From assembly GCA_030390025.1 (NCBI GenBank), contig CM059433.1:18974001-19038000 (forward strand): DNA of 64,000 nt. The letters are read 5' to 3'. The position numbers and the translations under genes were made by a program. A model generated the notes under the pieces. The model was not told the origin of the DNA and ran no database searches. It worked only from the letters and a program-made list of their open reading frames with translations. Numbering within the stretch: the stretch's first letter is position 1; each line of letters starts with the position of its first letter. The stretch comes from Squalus acanthias. Its lineage: Eukaryota. Below, piece by piece: positions 51,691 to 64,000 of this stretch.

Positions 51691-54600
51691 AAATCTAATG
51701 GCCTTTTTGCACTGACAACAAACATTTCAAAGAATGTATTGCTGACAAAGTGGACGCAGTGTACAAGGAAATTCCCTTCCACTACCTTACATTAGTGTGC
51801 CTGCAAATTAAAATGCTCCAGACATAGCACCCCTCTTGGAGCCTTATAAATAAGATTTAAAACAATAGAGGAAAGAAAGTCAATTGTGGAGGACAGGTAG
51901 ATGTGCACTGGTATTTATACCAATCCCTACACTAAATGTGTCCTTTAAGTGTCTTTAGGGCCTGACAGTTACTGGATTTGAAATAAAATGCTAAAAGCCT
52001 CTACAAAACAGCTTGGTTGATGTTGCATTGAATTAGACACTAGAATTTCACCTCTGGAAGCTTAATTTAAATGCAACCCAGATTGATGGGATTCAAGTCT
52101 CAGCCTGCAGGCTCCTATATGAATTAAGCTTAACAATCTCAATCAAGTCCCTATTGGGCATGGGCCTGTAGCACAAAACTGTTCCTAATTTGGCACTAAT
52201 TGGCAATCTCATTGAGAGGTCGTGGGATAGCATGCTGTTATGGCAAATTAAAAAAACTGTCACACTGATGCAGTAGTGGGCCCTCCTCTTAGGTTGGGGC
52301 TGTGGCATGTTATTCGAATAGAGGGAGCTTTACTCAGCATCTATGTGCTGTATTTAACCTGGGAGCGCTTGATACTGACACTGGGGGTGCCTGAAAGGGG
52401 AAAAACTTCCATTCCCCAGCGCAAACATCACTCACCTTGATCCCATTCACAGACCTCTAAAGACCTGCATGAGCCCAAAACATCCCAGAGTATAGTAACA
52501 CTAACAGGCTGGAGGGAAGTCTCCATCATACCTGAAGAGACCCTTTGGATGTCAGTTCTCTCCTTGCTACAGTGAACTCCCAGAGCTTCTTGTTGCAAGT
52601 GGTTTTAAGATATTTCAGTAGAAAGGAGTCACCAAAAATAGATGAGCTTCTCCACAGACCATGTTTTCCAGCAGCTTGTTGACAGGCTTTGCATTGCACC
52701 AGAACTACTTTGATATTCTTCCAAAATGCAGCTCAAGCCAATTCCATCTGAACTACCCCTATAACAGAACTCCACTGCAGACACAGCACCTCCCTCTGCT
52801 CCGTAACAGAAAGAGAGTCTGGGTCCAGTAGGCCTGACCCATCCACTAACAAGACAGTAATGGCAGAGGACGTGGAAAATAACTGCAGCAACTTCTACCT
52901 GCAGCGGTTGAAGAAAGTACCAGTTCAAAAACCTGCACTAAACACACTCCACAAATATCCACCTTCAGCTCTCAGATCAATGCCGCCCACACACGGCCAA
53001 ATTTCAAGCCATTCTGGATGAAAATCTCGGAGGCTACTGGGGCCACAGCAGATTCATCAACCTCAGATCCCATACCATGCTTTCTTGTAATGTATCCGAT
53101 AATAAACCAAGAAAACGGGACCATTTATAAAGAGCATTTAAATCATCCCTGTACATCTTCAAGTAGGGCTGCAACCCCGAGATGGAGCACCTTGTCTTGA
53201 AATAGCACTCCATCTACCACTTCGACCAGACAGTTGAAAGAAATCACCCAACTAAGCTGGAGTGAAAAATGGATCTCAATCTGAAAAGTGACTGGCTTAG
53301 ATCCACTGTATGCTAACATAGCCTTTTCTGGTTTACATTATTAAAACTTATATTAGAGGTCTTCGCAATTTTTAAAATTAGTGTTCCACGTATTTTCTTT
53401 ACTGTTATATATGCAACCGCTTTCGTTTTTCCTTCTGCTCTGTACATTACACTTGAAGCGACAGAAACTGAATTCCTTATTATTCAGCAAGATGAAGGTT
53501 AATGCACTTAGAGAGATTTATGAAAGCTTAAGAGAAATGATGCACACTGTAAAACAGACCAAAGGAAAGTCAAACATAGCATGCCCATACTTAATATTTC
53601 TGTGCACGTACTGCCCAGGTCAGACATCGTCAATAATAATTCTAACTCAACAATTGTGTGTATTCAATGACCAGAATGAATTCAAACGTACTGATGGTTG
53701 CAATAACGTTCTAAGGAATCGGTACAGATGTTTCTTTGCCCCTTAAAAGTCTTTCGTATTCAGTTGCAAGCAAGGATCAGTGCCATTAATACAACCATTT
53801 GTCGGCATTTCATTGTTGTGTAGATAGAACTGAAACCTCCAGAGACACAAGTATAAAGAGACATTACATTCAACATGTAAGGAATGTAACCTTATTTAAG
53901 GTTTAGCACAACAAACATGTACAAGCATCGCAGACAATAACAAAGTCATGAAATAAAAGTCAATCTTGTAGCTTTATCATCTTGTATAATAACATCCATA
54001 TTGTTTACATAGGCAGCGTTGTCAAAAGTACTACCAAAGCTAACTTGGAGAACTTACTTTTTTCTTGTCATTTATTTGTATTTCTGCACATAGTAAAATC
54101 TGGAACTAGTTGCATAAACTCCTGGTCTTTGAGTACTGTATCCAAACTTCAACTAGCTCGGAGGAAATCTTGTGTTCTTTGCAACTTGGAAAATAAACTA
54201 CTAATAGGGTATTTTGGCAATGAAATATGTATTTGGCCTAATAGAAATCAGGTGACGTTCCTCTTAACAATAAAAAGTTTCCTCCATTATTTATGACTTG
54301 TTATTGAAATCACAGGAATGCGTGGCTCTGAAATTTCTCAGAATGCAACTTGATTATTTGTCACAAGTCATGGAAAGCAACTGGCATTTTCCCATTTTTC
54401 TTTGAAGAATCTCATCCCCATTTTATCCCAAAACAAATATTAATGTGTTAACTTTTTTGCCCTTCTACCTCTCCCAAAGACAGTTACTTAACTCTTACTA
54501 AAATAAGTTCTGAATTAGTACTTTTAAATACTCATTCTTTGGTGGAATTCCCTCAAATAGTTACCATTTGTTCCACATCGTTTTCCTCCCAAAGAAAATC

Positions 54601-54714
54601 CCTTGCAGTTCTTCAGGGTTTACTGGTTAGTGTGTGAGCATCAGCCTCACCGAAATCAGGCCATGTGAAAGGAACTCGTGGCACCCAATCAACTGAAATT
54701 ACTCATTTTGCACT

Positions 54715-55118
54715 GTGTCAGCTGTGGCTCAGTTGGTAGCACACTCCAGGGACTTGAGCACATTAAAAAAAAATCTAGGCTGACACTGAGGGAGTGCTGC
54801 ACTGTCAGAGGTGCCGTCTTTCGGATGAGACGTTAAACCGAGGCCCCGTCTGCTCTCTCTGGTGGACGTAAAAGGTCCCATGGCACTATTTCGAAGAAGA
54901 GCAGGGGAGTTATCCCCGGTGTCCTGGCCAATATTTATCCCTCAATCAACATAAGAAAAACAGTTTATCTGGTCATTATCACATTGCTGTTTGTGGGAGC
55001 TGCCGCGTTTCCCACATTACAACAGCGATTACACTCCAAAAGTACTTGATTGGCTGTAAAGCGCTTTGAGACGTCGGGTGGTCGTGAAAGGCGCTAGATA
55101 AATGCAAGTCTTTCTTTT
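54715..55118 (+). mobile_element. DeuSINE (SacSINE1-like)
   Basis: TGGCTCAGTTGG A box; GTGCCGTCTTTCGGATGAGACGTTAAACCGAGG..CCCCGGTGTCCTGGCCAA; L2-type tail. Confidence 0.85.
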
Positions 55119-58093
55119 TTCTGTGTGTTGATACAGGGTTGCATAAAAACCATGTCAGCCCCCTTCCCTCGTAGCTCAGTACATAAAGGCAATAAATGCT
55201 CAGCCGTACAAACAAGGAAGCTCCCTGGTCAGTGCTGAGTTAACTGCTAGGGCAGCAGTATTAAGCCATTTTCAGTAATTATGTTTAAAACTGGCTTCAG
55301 CGTCCCTGAATTATGGAAAGGGAAAGAAAATTAGCCAGGGTTCCCATTGCTGATCTGTATGCATCAGCCCCTACTGGAAGTGTCTGTGTGGACAATGAAT
55401 TAGGACAAAATCAAGCTATCATCAATCAGTTGAATAGCCTGCCAATATTTACTGTCAAGGTTCACACATTAATAATGGTCACTTGGGTGAGATACCATGC
55501 ACCAAAGAAACAACATCTTTAGAAGAGGGGACAAAAATCAAGCTAGGTCTCCACAGGCTACAAGTCTACCCTGCTGAAAATGATCAGCAGAAAATCCCAT
55601 TACCAGCTCAATGTTATCTAAAGAGAGCACGCTTACTGAAAAGCTACTTCCTGCTCAAGGGTTTTGACATAAACTAATGGCTTCTCACTGCTCTTATCTT
55701 CATGCCTAATGCTTATGCACTGGTCTCTGAAATTTATCAATTAACTAGAGGGGGGGGGGGAATCAAAATTATCCCCCTCAATGTTTTCACAAGGATAACT
55801 GCCAGAACTTTTTGCTGATTTGTTAAAACAATATTTTAAATATAATTACTGAAAATGACTTAATATGCTATTCACCCAAAATAAATAAAACTGCACTTGC
55901 ACATTTATTTTGATTTTGAATACAAAGTTAGAATTTCACTAGAATACAATAATAATGATACAAACTGAATTTTTCACAGCCAATCTAGACTGAGCAGATA
56001 TAAAGTTTGAGAGAGTTCATTTCATATAAACATGGCTTTACCACAAATTCCACCACCAGTTACTTTTATAAACAGTTTACATGGAAATGAAGTCCTCATA
56101 CTGATCCCTAACCTTTCAAGAACACTCCCATATTACATTACTGAGGATAATTCTAAAAAAATCATTATTCAAGGGAGAGATGATGTGTACTGGTCTGTGC
56201 AGGTGCAACATCTTATTGCTTCAAAGGTGACAACAAAGCACCCAATGGAACTATCCTCGAAATAAACACATATGCTAGCACCTTTTTGACTTTTCCTAAT
56301 GGCCTATCAAATCCAGCAGGCAGTACTATCATATGACTTCCAAATTTAGAAGCTTAGCCATCTATTTCAACGCGAGGTGCTATTGATTTGAAAGGCACAT
56401 TTACAACTGTTACGAAAAACAAATCTAACACATGAAAATTACATTAAAAATATTTGACCAAGTTATTCACAGAACTTGCACTGTTCTGAGTAAAATTTAG
56501 CTTGCAAATTTCCATTCTTTTTTTAAACACAAAAAACCAACATTCTTTTTTCCTGTAATGCCTCCCAGGAAAATTGGCTGAATTGGGTCAACTATTTATA
56601 GTATTCAGGACATCTCAGTGGAAGGCACGAAACATTATGCCGATTCACTGGAGATCAAAGTCTGACCCCAAAATCAACAGACCAATACTCCTACAGCTAA
56701 AACACTCGAGCAGGATTCTCACAAGGAAACTTGCTTGGCTCCACTCAATTTCTCTGTTTTCTCAAGGGTGATGCTGTTCTCTTTGCTGGTGTTATTATCT
56801 GCAGATAATTCCCTAGCTGAAAGATAAGTGAATATGCACAGATATTAACAATGGATAGACAAGTGATGTGTTACCCGAGGGGCTGAAGCAACCAAATCAG
56901 GAATTGTGTTGAGACGGTATGGCCATGATGTTCCCTGCTCAGCTGTACTCTACCGAGATTTTTCATCTTTTCAGTTATAAGCATTCAATTTCAATGAAAT
57001 TGGTATTCACATTTGATCTACACGGCAGCAGACAAGTGCACATATGGTTGAAATAACTGATGGAAGAATGGGAATCATCAAAGATCCTTTGACTTAATCA
57101 TAGCCGTCATCAATTTCAATGCTCTACAAAGCCCAGAACTGCCCAGTGATGCTATACTTTAGCCCTCTTTGGCAGGCTACAGAGAAATAATCTCTTGTTC
57201 CTGGACTCACCAGACTGGTGGACTGAATAAGGAGAGCATACTCCATGCTAAGAGTTCATTTTTCCGAATATCAAATATGGCTGGACTGTCAGTTCCCTTC
57301 AGGATTAAGACTGAAAAAGTAAAAGTTGTTGGTAGTTAAGCAGGCACTGATTTTGAAACAAGCACTGCTGCAACTGGACCGTGATAACCTACCGAGAAAG
57401 CCAACCATGAAACAGTCCAGTTTTTCTGCTTGTGGAACACGGTCCCAGAGACACTGTCTGGAACTCTGTGGAAGGTTTTTTTTATGTGAAAGTTTAAATA
57501 CAGTTAGCCATCACTTGCTGAAACATGTTCAGGTTGTGAGAAATATGTGACTTGTCCTTTGCTACTGCAGTACAATTTATCTAAGTCTTGCTCCCAAGAA
57601 TTGTGGTCAATTCCATGGTGCTGTTACAATCACCTCTGACCTACTCTGCTATACCACTTAATTCACAAAAATAATACTGGATGTATGTCTCATAACCAGA
57701 CTTCAAGCAGATAAATTCAGTGGTTGAAAAATAGTTTCTTATTAACAATTAGCATGGGCAGTAATTTTAACTTTGGGCATTGGAGTACATCCATTATTGA
57801 GTCAGAAAATCCTGGAAGAATAAAGTTCCTGTTTTGGTGAAAATCAGTGTTACAGAGACTGTGATCAACATGACAAGCGGCAAAAACATTATGGAAATTT
57901 CGAAGTTTAGAAAGAAATAGTCTCCATCACCTACACCCTTATTTCTCATTCAAATCAGTGAAACATATACTCACAAAATTTTGCTTTGCAATGCTACCAG
58001 TGTGCCAAGGACATTTTGGGGTTTTCTGGTTATCTTGTCTAGAGATTAAAACTCACGTAAACAACATGTTTCAGACAAAGTAGAAATACTTAC

Positions 58094-58255
58094 CAGGCAT
58101 AGATGGAGCTGTTGCCCGGTGCCCACTGCTTTTTATAGTTCCTTCGTATGCAACAGTGATATCGTACACGGCATCTAGGTGACTTCTCATTGTGTTAATG
58201 GCTACTTGCGTTGCCTTCACACGTGGCGACATTGTGTGTCTTAGTTCTGGCAGCC
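58094..58255 (-). CDS. AGPAT5: AGPAT5 (1-acylglycerol-3-phosphate O-acyltransferase 5) internal coding exon, third from last (exon 6 by human numbering), 162 bp
   Basis: Minus strand reads ttcag|GG CTG CCA...CCT G|gtaagt and translates (G)LPELRHTMSPRVKATQVAINTMRSHLDAVYDITVAYEGTIKSSGHRATAPSMP(E). This matches the AGPAT5 segment recalled as GLAVLKHVLTPRIKATHVAFD..LDAIYDVTVVYEG. Phase is compatible with the next exon. Confidence 0.95.
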
Positions 58256-58880
58256 CTGAAAGACAGCAAGAAATATTTACAACTGGGAAGGGAAATGTTA
58301 ACGAAACAAATTATGTCTAAAACAATGGCGCACAATACATGAAGGGTGAAGTTAAATGATAAAGCATCCTAGCTGTGAGATTAAATCTGCAGCTGATGTT
58401 AATTGCAATTCCTTGTTTGTTACATCTCGTGTTAAATATCAGAACCTACTGCATGAAAGACAACTCTATTTTTAGGATAATGAGCTTGATATGAAATATG
58501 GTTACCTCTGGAAGTGTAGAACAGTGAAATAAGAAAGGCCAGCACAACAGACACTGATCACAAACCTGTAATGTTTTGGTGGCATTGTTTGTAGTTGTTG
58601 CGTAATAATTTTATTTGACATGATATGGAAGTCTCCAGATATGGTTGGCCAAAAAAGGGTTTCAGTTCTTATTCATGCTCACTGTCAAAGCACTTTCTAA
58701 CATTCAACTTTATTGTTCAAGCATTCACATGTTTAACATTTTCATTAATCACTTTTACCCCAAATATTAGTGTAGTGACATATGAAATGCATCCTAACCT
58801 CACTCAGGAATGAGTTACTGCACCTGTATTCTCTAGTTACTAGAAATCAAAAAGAAAACGCCTTTGTTTTGTCAACCATA

Positions 58881-60400
58881 TTTTTTTGTTATTCGTTTAT
58901 GGGATGTGGGCATCGCTGGCAAGGCCAGCATTTATTACCCATCCCTAACTGCCCTCGAGAAGGTGGTGGTGAGCCGCCTTCTTGAACCGCCGCAGTCAAT
59001 GAGGTGAAGGTATTCCCATAGTGCTGTTAGGGAGGGAGTTCCAGGTTTTTGACCCAGCGATGATGAAGGATCGAGGAAATGCAATATATTTCCAAGTCAG
59101 GATGGTGTGTGACTTGGAGGGGAACTTGCAGGTGTTGGTGTTCCCATTACCCTGCTGCCCTTATCCTAGATGAGAAGTCGCACAACACCAGGTTATAGTC
59201 CAACAGATTTATTTAATTTTACAAGCTTTCGAAGCAGTTCGCTCCTTCGTCAGGTAAGTTAGCAATGAGAGAATCTCCCAGAATTCACAATTTAAACACA
59301 GACAAAATCTATTCACATTTTTCCTACAACAAAGAGCACAGCCAAGACAATGAGATGTGTCCCAAGGGGTCCAACGTGTCAAACCACTTCAGCACTTCAC
59401 GGGGAACACTTCAGCAGCCAGGGGCATTCAGCCTCGGATCTGCGGGTAAGCGTTCTCCAAGGCGGCCTTCGAGATACACGACAGCGCAAAATCATAGAGC
59501 AGAAACTGATAGCCAAGTTCCGCACTCATGAGGATGGCCTCAATCGCGATATCGGGTTCATGTCACGATACAGAACGTGACTTGACATCATGGCCGGTCT
59601 TCCCAGGTGTTTTTTTTTTAAAAAAAAGACTAACACAAGAACACAAATTGACAGGATATGCAGCCAGCAGGTGGTTTGACACGTTGGACCCCCTGGGACA
59701 CATCTCATTGTCTTGGCTGTGCTCTTTGTTGTAGGAAAAATGTGAATAGATTTTGTCTGGGTTTAAATTGTGAATTCTGGGAGATTCTCTCATTGCTAAC
59801 TTACCTGACGAAGGAGCGAACTGCTTCGAAAGCTTGTAAAATTAAATAAATCTGTTGGACTATAACCTGGTGTTGTGCGACTTCTCATTTTTGTCCACCC
59901 CAGTCCAACGCCGGCATCTTCACATCTTATCCTAGATGGCAGAGGTCACGGGTTTGGGAGGTGCTGCCGAAGAAGCCTTGGCGAGTTGCTGCAGTGCATC
60001 TTGTAGATGGCACACACTGCAGCCACGGTGCGCCGGTGGTGGAGGGAGTGAATTTTTAAGGTGGGGGATGGGTGCCAATCAAGCGGGCTGCTGTATCCTG
60101 GATGGTGTCGAGCTTCTTGAGTGTTGTTGGAGCTGCACTCATCCAGGCAAGTGGAGAGTATGCCATCACACTCCTTACTTGTGCCTTGTAGATGGTGGAA
60201 AGGCTTTGGGGAGTCAGGAGGCGAGATGCTCGCCGCAGAATACCCAGCCTCTTACCTGCTCTTGTAGTCACAGTATTTATGTGGCTGGTCCAGTTAAGTT
60301 TCTGGTCAATGGTCACCCCAGGATATTGATGGTGGGGGATTCAGCGATGGTAATCCCGTTGAATGTCAAGGGGAGGTGGCTAGATCTCTCTTGCTGGAGA
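58881..60400 (-). mobile_element. 5'-truncated copy E of the tRNA-headed LINE family, interrupted by a Penelope insertion
   Basis: IDQKLNWTSHINTV..LLTPQSLSTIYKAQVRSVM; T-tract tail at 58881. Confidence 0.9.
59173..59925 (+). mobile_element. Young Penelope-like insertion with an inverted pLTR, GIY-YIG remnant and 13-bp TSD
   Basis: Inverted arms about 59170-59387 and 59671-59888. EHFSSQGHSASDLRVSVLQG..RKIIEQKLIAKFRTHEDGLNRDIGFM. TSD CTTATCCTAGATG at 59160-59172 and 59926-59938. Confidence 0.9.
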
Positions 60401-61030
60401 CTTTCATATCATTTATCAAATGAAATTATGCAACAACTTAAAGCAGTGCCACCCAAAACATTACAGGTTTGTGTTCAGTGCTGGCCTCTCTCATTTCACC
60501 GTTCTACACTTCCAGAGATAATGATATTTAATATCAAACTCATAATCCCAATAGATTTGTTACGGGATCTGATATTTAACAAAAGGACATTGAAAATTTA
60601 TTTAAGTATTTTAAAGCTCTAAAGGACAACACTTATGCCATAAAAATGTTATAATAATGGCTATAGGCATGATAATGAATGATTTTACTTACACCTCCAC
60701 TAGGACAATAACCGTTTTTAGGATACACTGTAAAATTAGGTTTCTTGTGCAAAGATTTTATGGTAATTTTTAAAAGATTATTTTCTTAATACTTACACTA
60801 TAAGCCCTGAAATCTGCTTAAAATTGTTGCAGTCACATCAATCAAGCAATATTACACATGTTATCTTATGACTGCACATTTACTGTCAACCTTCTCCCAT
60901 TATAAATGAGTATGTGCATATTTATAATAGAAACTGCCTATTTAAAACTGGTCGGGCTATAATTACACTCTTGCCCCCCCCCCCCCAATAAAGCGGGAAG
61001 CTTTAATTAAAGCACAGATTTATATAGATG

Positions 61031-62613
61031 GGCCTGGAATATCACGTCAATTTGCACCCGAAAAACTGTGCAATTCAGGCGCAAGGCTGAGTTCCGGTGC
61101 AAAAGATCAAGGAAATTCGGGCATTGAGTGACTTACACCCGTATTCCCTCGATCTTTGGCGACGGTTCAACGAGACCTTCGCCCAGACCCTCGACTGCTC
61201 ATTAGCATTGCCACGCCCCCATGTGCACTTATGCAGGTTCAGAACGGGTGCAAACTTACACCCAGACTCCCTTTGAATTTACACTTGAGATTGGCAAAAG
61301 CAATCCCAATCTTAGAATTCGCTTTAACATATTAACAGATTTACATATTTATGAAAAGATGTATTTAACAAATTAAAATATTAAACAGCAATATAAAATA
61401 AACAAATGCCTGCACTGAGTTAGGAGTGAAACAGTTGCCAAAGAACAGAAAGTTGATAGCATTGAATTTTCTCAGTGAATTAAACAGGTTTAGAACTATC
61501 AATTTTCACTGTTTTGCCAATGAACCGGCATCAAATGTAATAGTCATCAGCGATGTATATTCAAAGAACTCCAATAAAGATGAGCCAAAAAATAGCGGCT
61601 TATATGGCAACTATTTCTGGAAAATTCCAATGAAAACCTGGTGTACATCACCAAATTGCACTTTCAAAGTAAAAGATACAAATAATTGAGCTAAAAAACA
61701 AATGCAAGTGCCTTGTTTTAATGAAAGAGCGAAAATATTAAACTAGAATTCTCAGTCAACGTGGAAAAAAAACAGGTCGATCAGAGTAAAACTGCCAACT
61801 GCAACTTGTTTTTGAATAGTCAAAATGCCAATATTACTAGCTTTTTTTCTCTCCAATTCATTTGGCAAACACAAAGCAGATGCACGCGACGGGGTCTGAA
61901 TTTAAATTACATCGAATATCTGGTGCATAAGAAATGAAAATCATTTTCATATGGAAGAGATCTGAGAAACAGCATTGTCGGAAATCAGGACAAAAAATGT
62001 GTTTGTTCAAAAGGGGTATAACTTTAGCCTTTGTTTTTTTTTAAACCTTGACAATCACTCGGATCCTAAATGTCACAACCATTCTGATTCCAAGCGTGGC
62101 TACTTAGTTCGCATTCCAAAGCTTCCAAGGAAGCTGTTCGTTGCAGCATAGATGTTCATCAGTGGAAATGTGTTTTTTTTTAAAAAGCAGGTTGTGGGTA
62201 AATGTAGTTGCCAAGTAGCTCAGGATTCCAAAGGGTTAAAGCGAAGAGAATCAAAAATTCAACAGATATACATCAAGGTAGCTATTAACTCGAGCGGTCT
62301 ACAATTCACAGTTTGTTTTAACAATTTTATTAATTCATTAATAAAAATCATAATGTGATATGAGTTGATTATTTCCAAAATCCAATTTCAATGTAATTTC
62401 AGAGAGTCAGGACAATGTTGGAACCATTTGATATATCATGGAAGCAGAAGGTATTTCTTCACTGCGTTTCAATTACATTTTTTACACTTCAGCGTAGTCT
62501 AAATTAGTTCCACATGAAATTTCAGTGTAAATTGACATTGGCAAAATCGGCGTATGAATGGGTTGAAAACAGGCAAAACTTCCCGATTATGCCCCCACAG
62601 GGAATTCCAGGCC
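61031..62613. mobile_element. Putative 1.6-kb TIR element (GGCCTGGAAT...ATTCCAGGCC); a related end lies at 63738-63850
   Basis: Perfect 10-bp terminal inverted match plus a shared subterminal GTCAATTTRCAC motif. 62510-62610 is the approximate reverse complement of 63738-63840. No TSD or transposase recognised. Confidence 0.4.
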
Positions 62614-62934
62614 AAGGTTTCCTTTATAAATGTGGAATTAGGAATTTAAATAAAAATACGGATAGAATGTGTGATTTTAAAATGGGGACCGAGTTATGTA
62701 TGGGTGCCCTAGTCCAATTTTCTCCTACCTATTAACTCTGCTTCACTCAAAGACTACATTTGCTCTCGACTCAGTCTGCAACGCCCAGGAAGATTGTTTA
62801 TATATATTAAAAATCTTATATCCTCATGCATTTTCTGTCAACCTTTGTCATAATAAATTCTTACGCCCCTATTTATAATAGAAACTGCACACATAAACTT
62901 GTCAGTGATCCTGTAGTGCCTCAGTTTTTCAGCT

Positions 62935-63080
62935 TAGCTCAACGTGTAGCGACTTGGTGCGGAATAGGATACGGGCAGCAGAGCTTTGGATGAACTGATG
63001 TGTTGGACGATAATATGGAGGAGGAAACAGGCAGCCTTTGTGATAGAGAAGATATGGGGACAAAAGCTCAATTCAAAAAT
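62935..63080 (-). mobile_element. Old L2 fragment
   Basis: Minus strand TTGAGCTTTTGTCCCCATATCTTCTCTATCACAAAGGCTGCCT resembles 26155-26200. Confidence 0.55.
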
Positions 63081-64000
63081 AGAAAAGGGATGATTCTTAA
63101 TCAATGGGGAAGAAAACAGGTGCTCATTCACAACATTACATCTTTTCCAACCAAAATCTAGTTTTAGATATTAATTCTAAAACTATTTGTATAATACTAC
63201 ATAGCCAGAAAAAAGTGAAAATTTTATTTTAATTTAGAAATAAAGCAATTTGCATAACACAGATACAGCTACAAGAGAATCTCTTTTTAACAAAACAATT
63301 ACTGACAGAGACCTGGATAAAGTTAGGCTCTTGATAATACTCCAAGAAGCAGAGCTACATCACAAATTAATGAATAAAACTGTCCAGCAGTCAACAAATT
63401 GAAACCAGAGTCTGCGTCATCATCCAAACAGTAGGGTATTAGCATCAGAACTGGATTGGGTACAAAAATTACTAGATGCATGTCTAAGGTTTAGGAGGTC
63501 AGTACAAGCATGGGAAGCCTTATAGTATGAAGCATAAATCCACCAGCAACTCTATAAATGTTACAGATCACTTTATATCAACAGATGGCTTGGAATCAAG
63601 CTGCCGACACACAAACTACCACAAAATAGAAAGGGGGTAGGAGGACAACAGATGTTGCCCGATAGTTCTATTCTTGGAGCAAAAGCTGGTTCTTTGAGCA
63701 AAGTGATTTTCTCCTGTGGCTTTAGAAACAGTGTGGTGGAATTTCCCTTGGGGATGTAATCAGGAAGTTACACCCGAAATTATGCCAATTTGTACGCCCA
63801 TCTTGCCGATGTCTATTTACACCCAAATTTTCTGTCCATTTCATTAATACACAGTGAAATGTAAAAATGGACGTAAACAATCAGGGGCCGAGGAAAGCGA
63901 CAAACTCAAACTCACCAAATATTCCTTCAGTGTTAAATAACAACAGAAAACGCTGGAAAAACTCAGCAGGCCAGGCAGCATCCATGGAGAGAGAAACAGA

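Noticed and set aside
52030..52440. LF-SINE-like element (TTGGCACTAATTGGCA; tail similar to 45030-45110)
   Set aside because: Only a short recalled match. Probably an old SINE, but not assignable by eye.
52540..53260. Possible decayed coding sequence or retrocopy
   Set aside because: No recognisable protein motif in any frame I read; needs BLASTX.
59936..60622. 228-aa plus-strand ORF and similar long ORFs (19400-19781, 13122-13606, 25710-26345)
   Set aside because: Antisense or off-frame readings of LINEs, or products of low-complexity repeats.
58256..64000. Further upstream AGPAT5 exons
   Set aside because: No segment with AGPAT5-like translation and splice sites was found; exons 1-5 presumably lie beyond the window.

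Overview
Eukaryotic, repeat-rich vertebrate DNA. The repeat families suggest a cartilaginous fish such as a shark (inference). The only host gene recognised is AGPAT5 on the minus strand: its last three coding exons (58255-58094, 20413-20290, 8304-8079) and a probable ~1.8 kb 3' UTR, separated by introns of about 37.7 kb and 12.0 kb. Most of the rest is transposon-derived: CR1, L2, RTE and Penelope-like elements, Deu-type and other old SINEs, and hairpin/TIR elements. Most unusual: (1) a LINE family with a tRNA-type (Pol III) SINE head joined directly to an endonuclease-RT reading frame, no ORF1, and almost no T4 terminator runs on its sense strand; (2) covarying minimal hammerhead ribozyme motifs in three Penelope-related repeat variants; (3) a candidate poison exon in AGPAT5; (4) a decayed 28S rRNA fragment abutting a truncated LINE; (5) a 27-bp insertion apparently copied from 7.9 kb away. 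Everything was read by eye; family names come from recall and need database confirmation.
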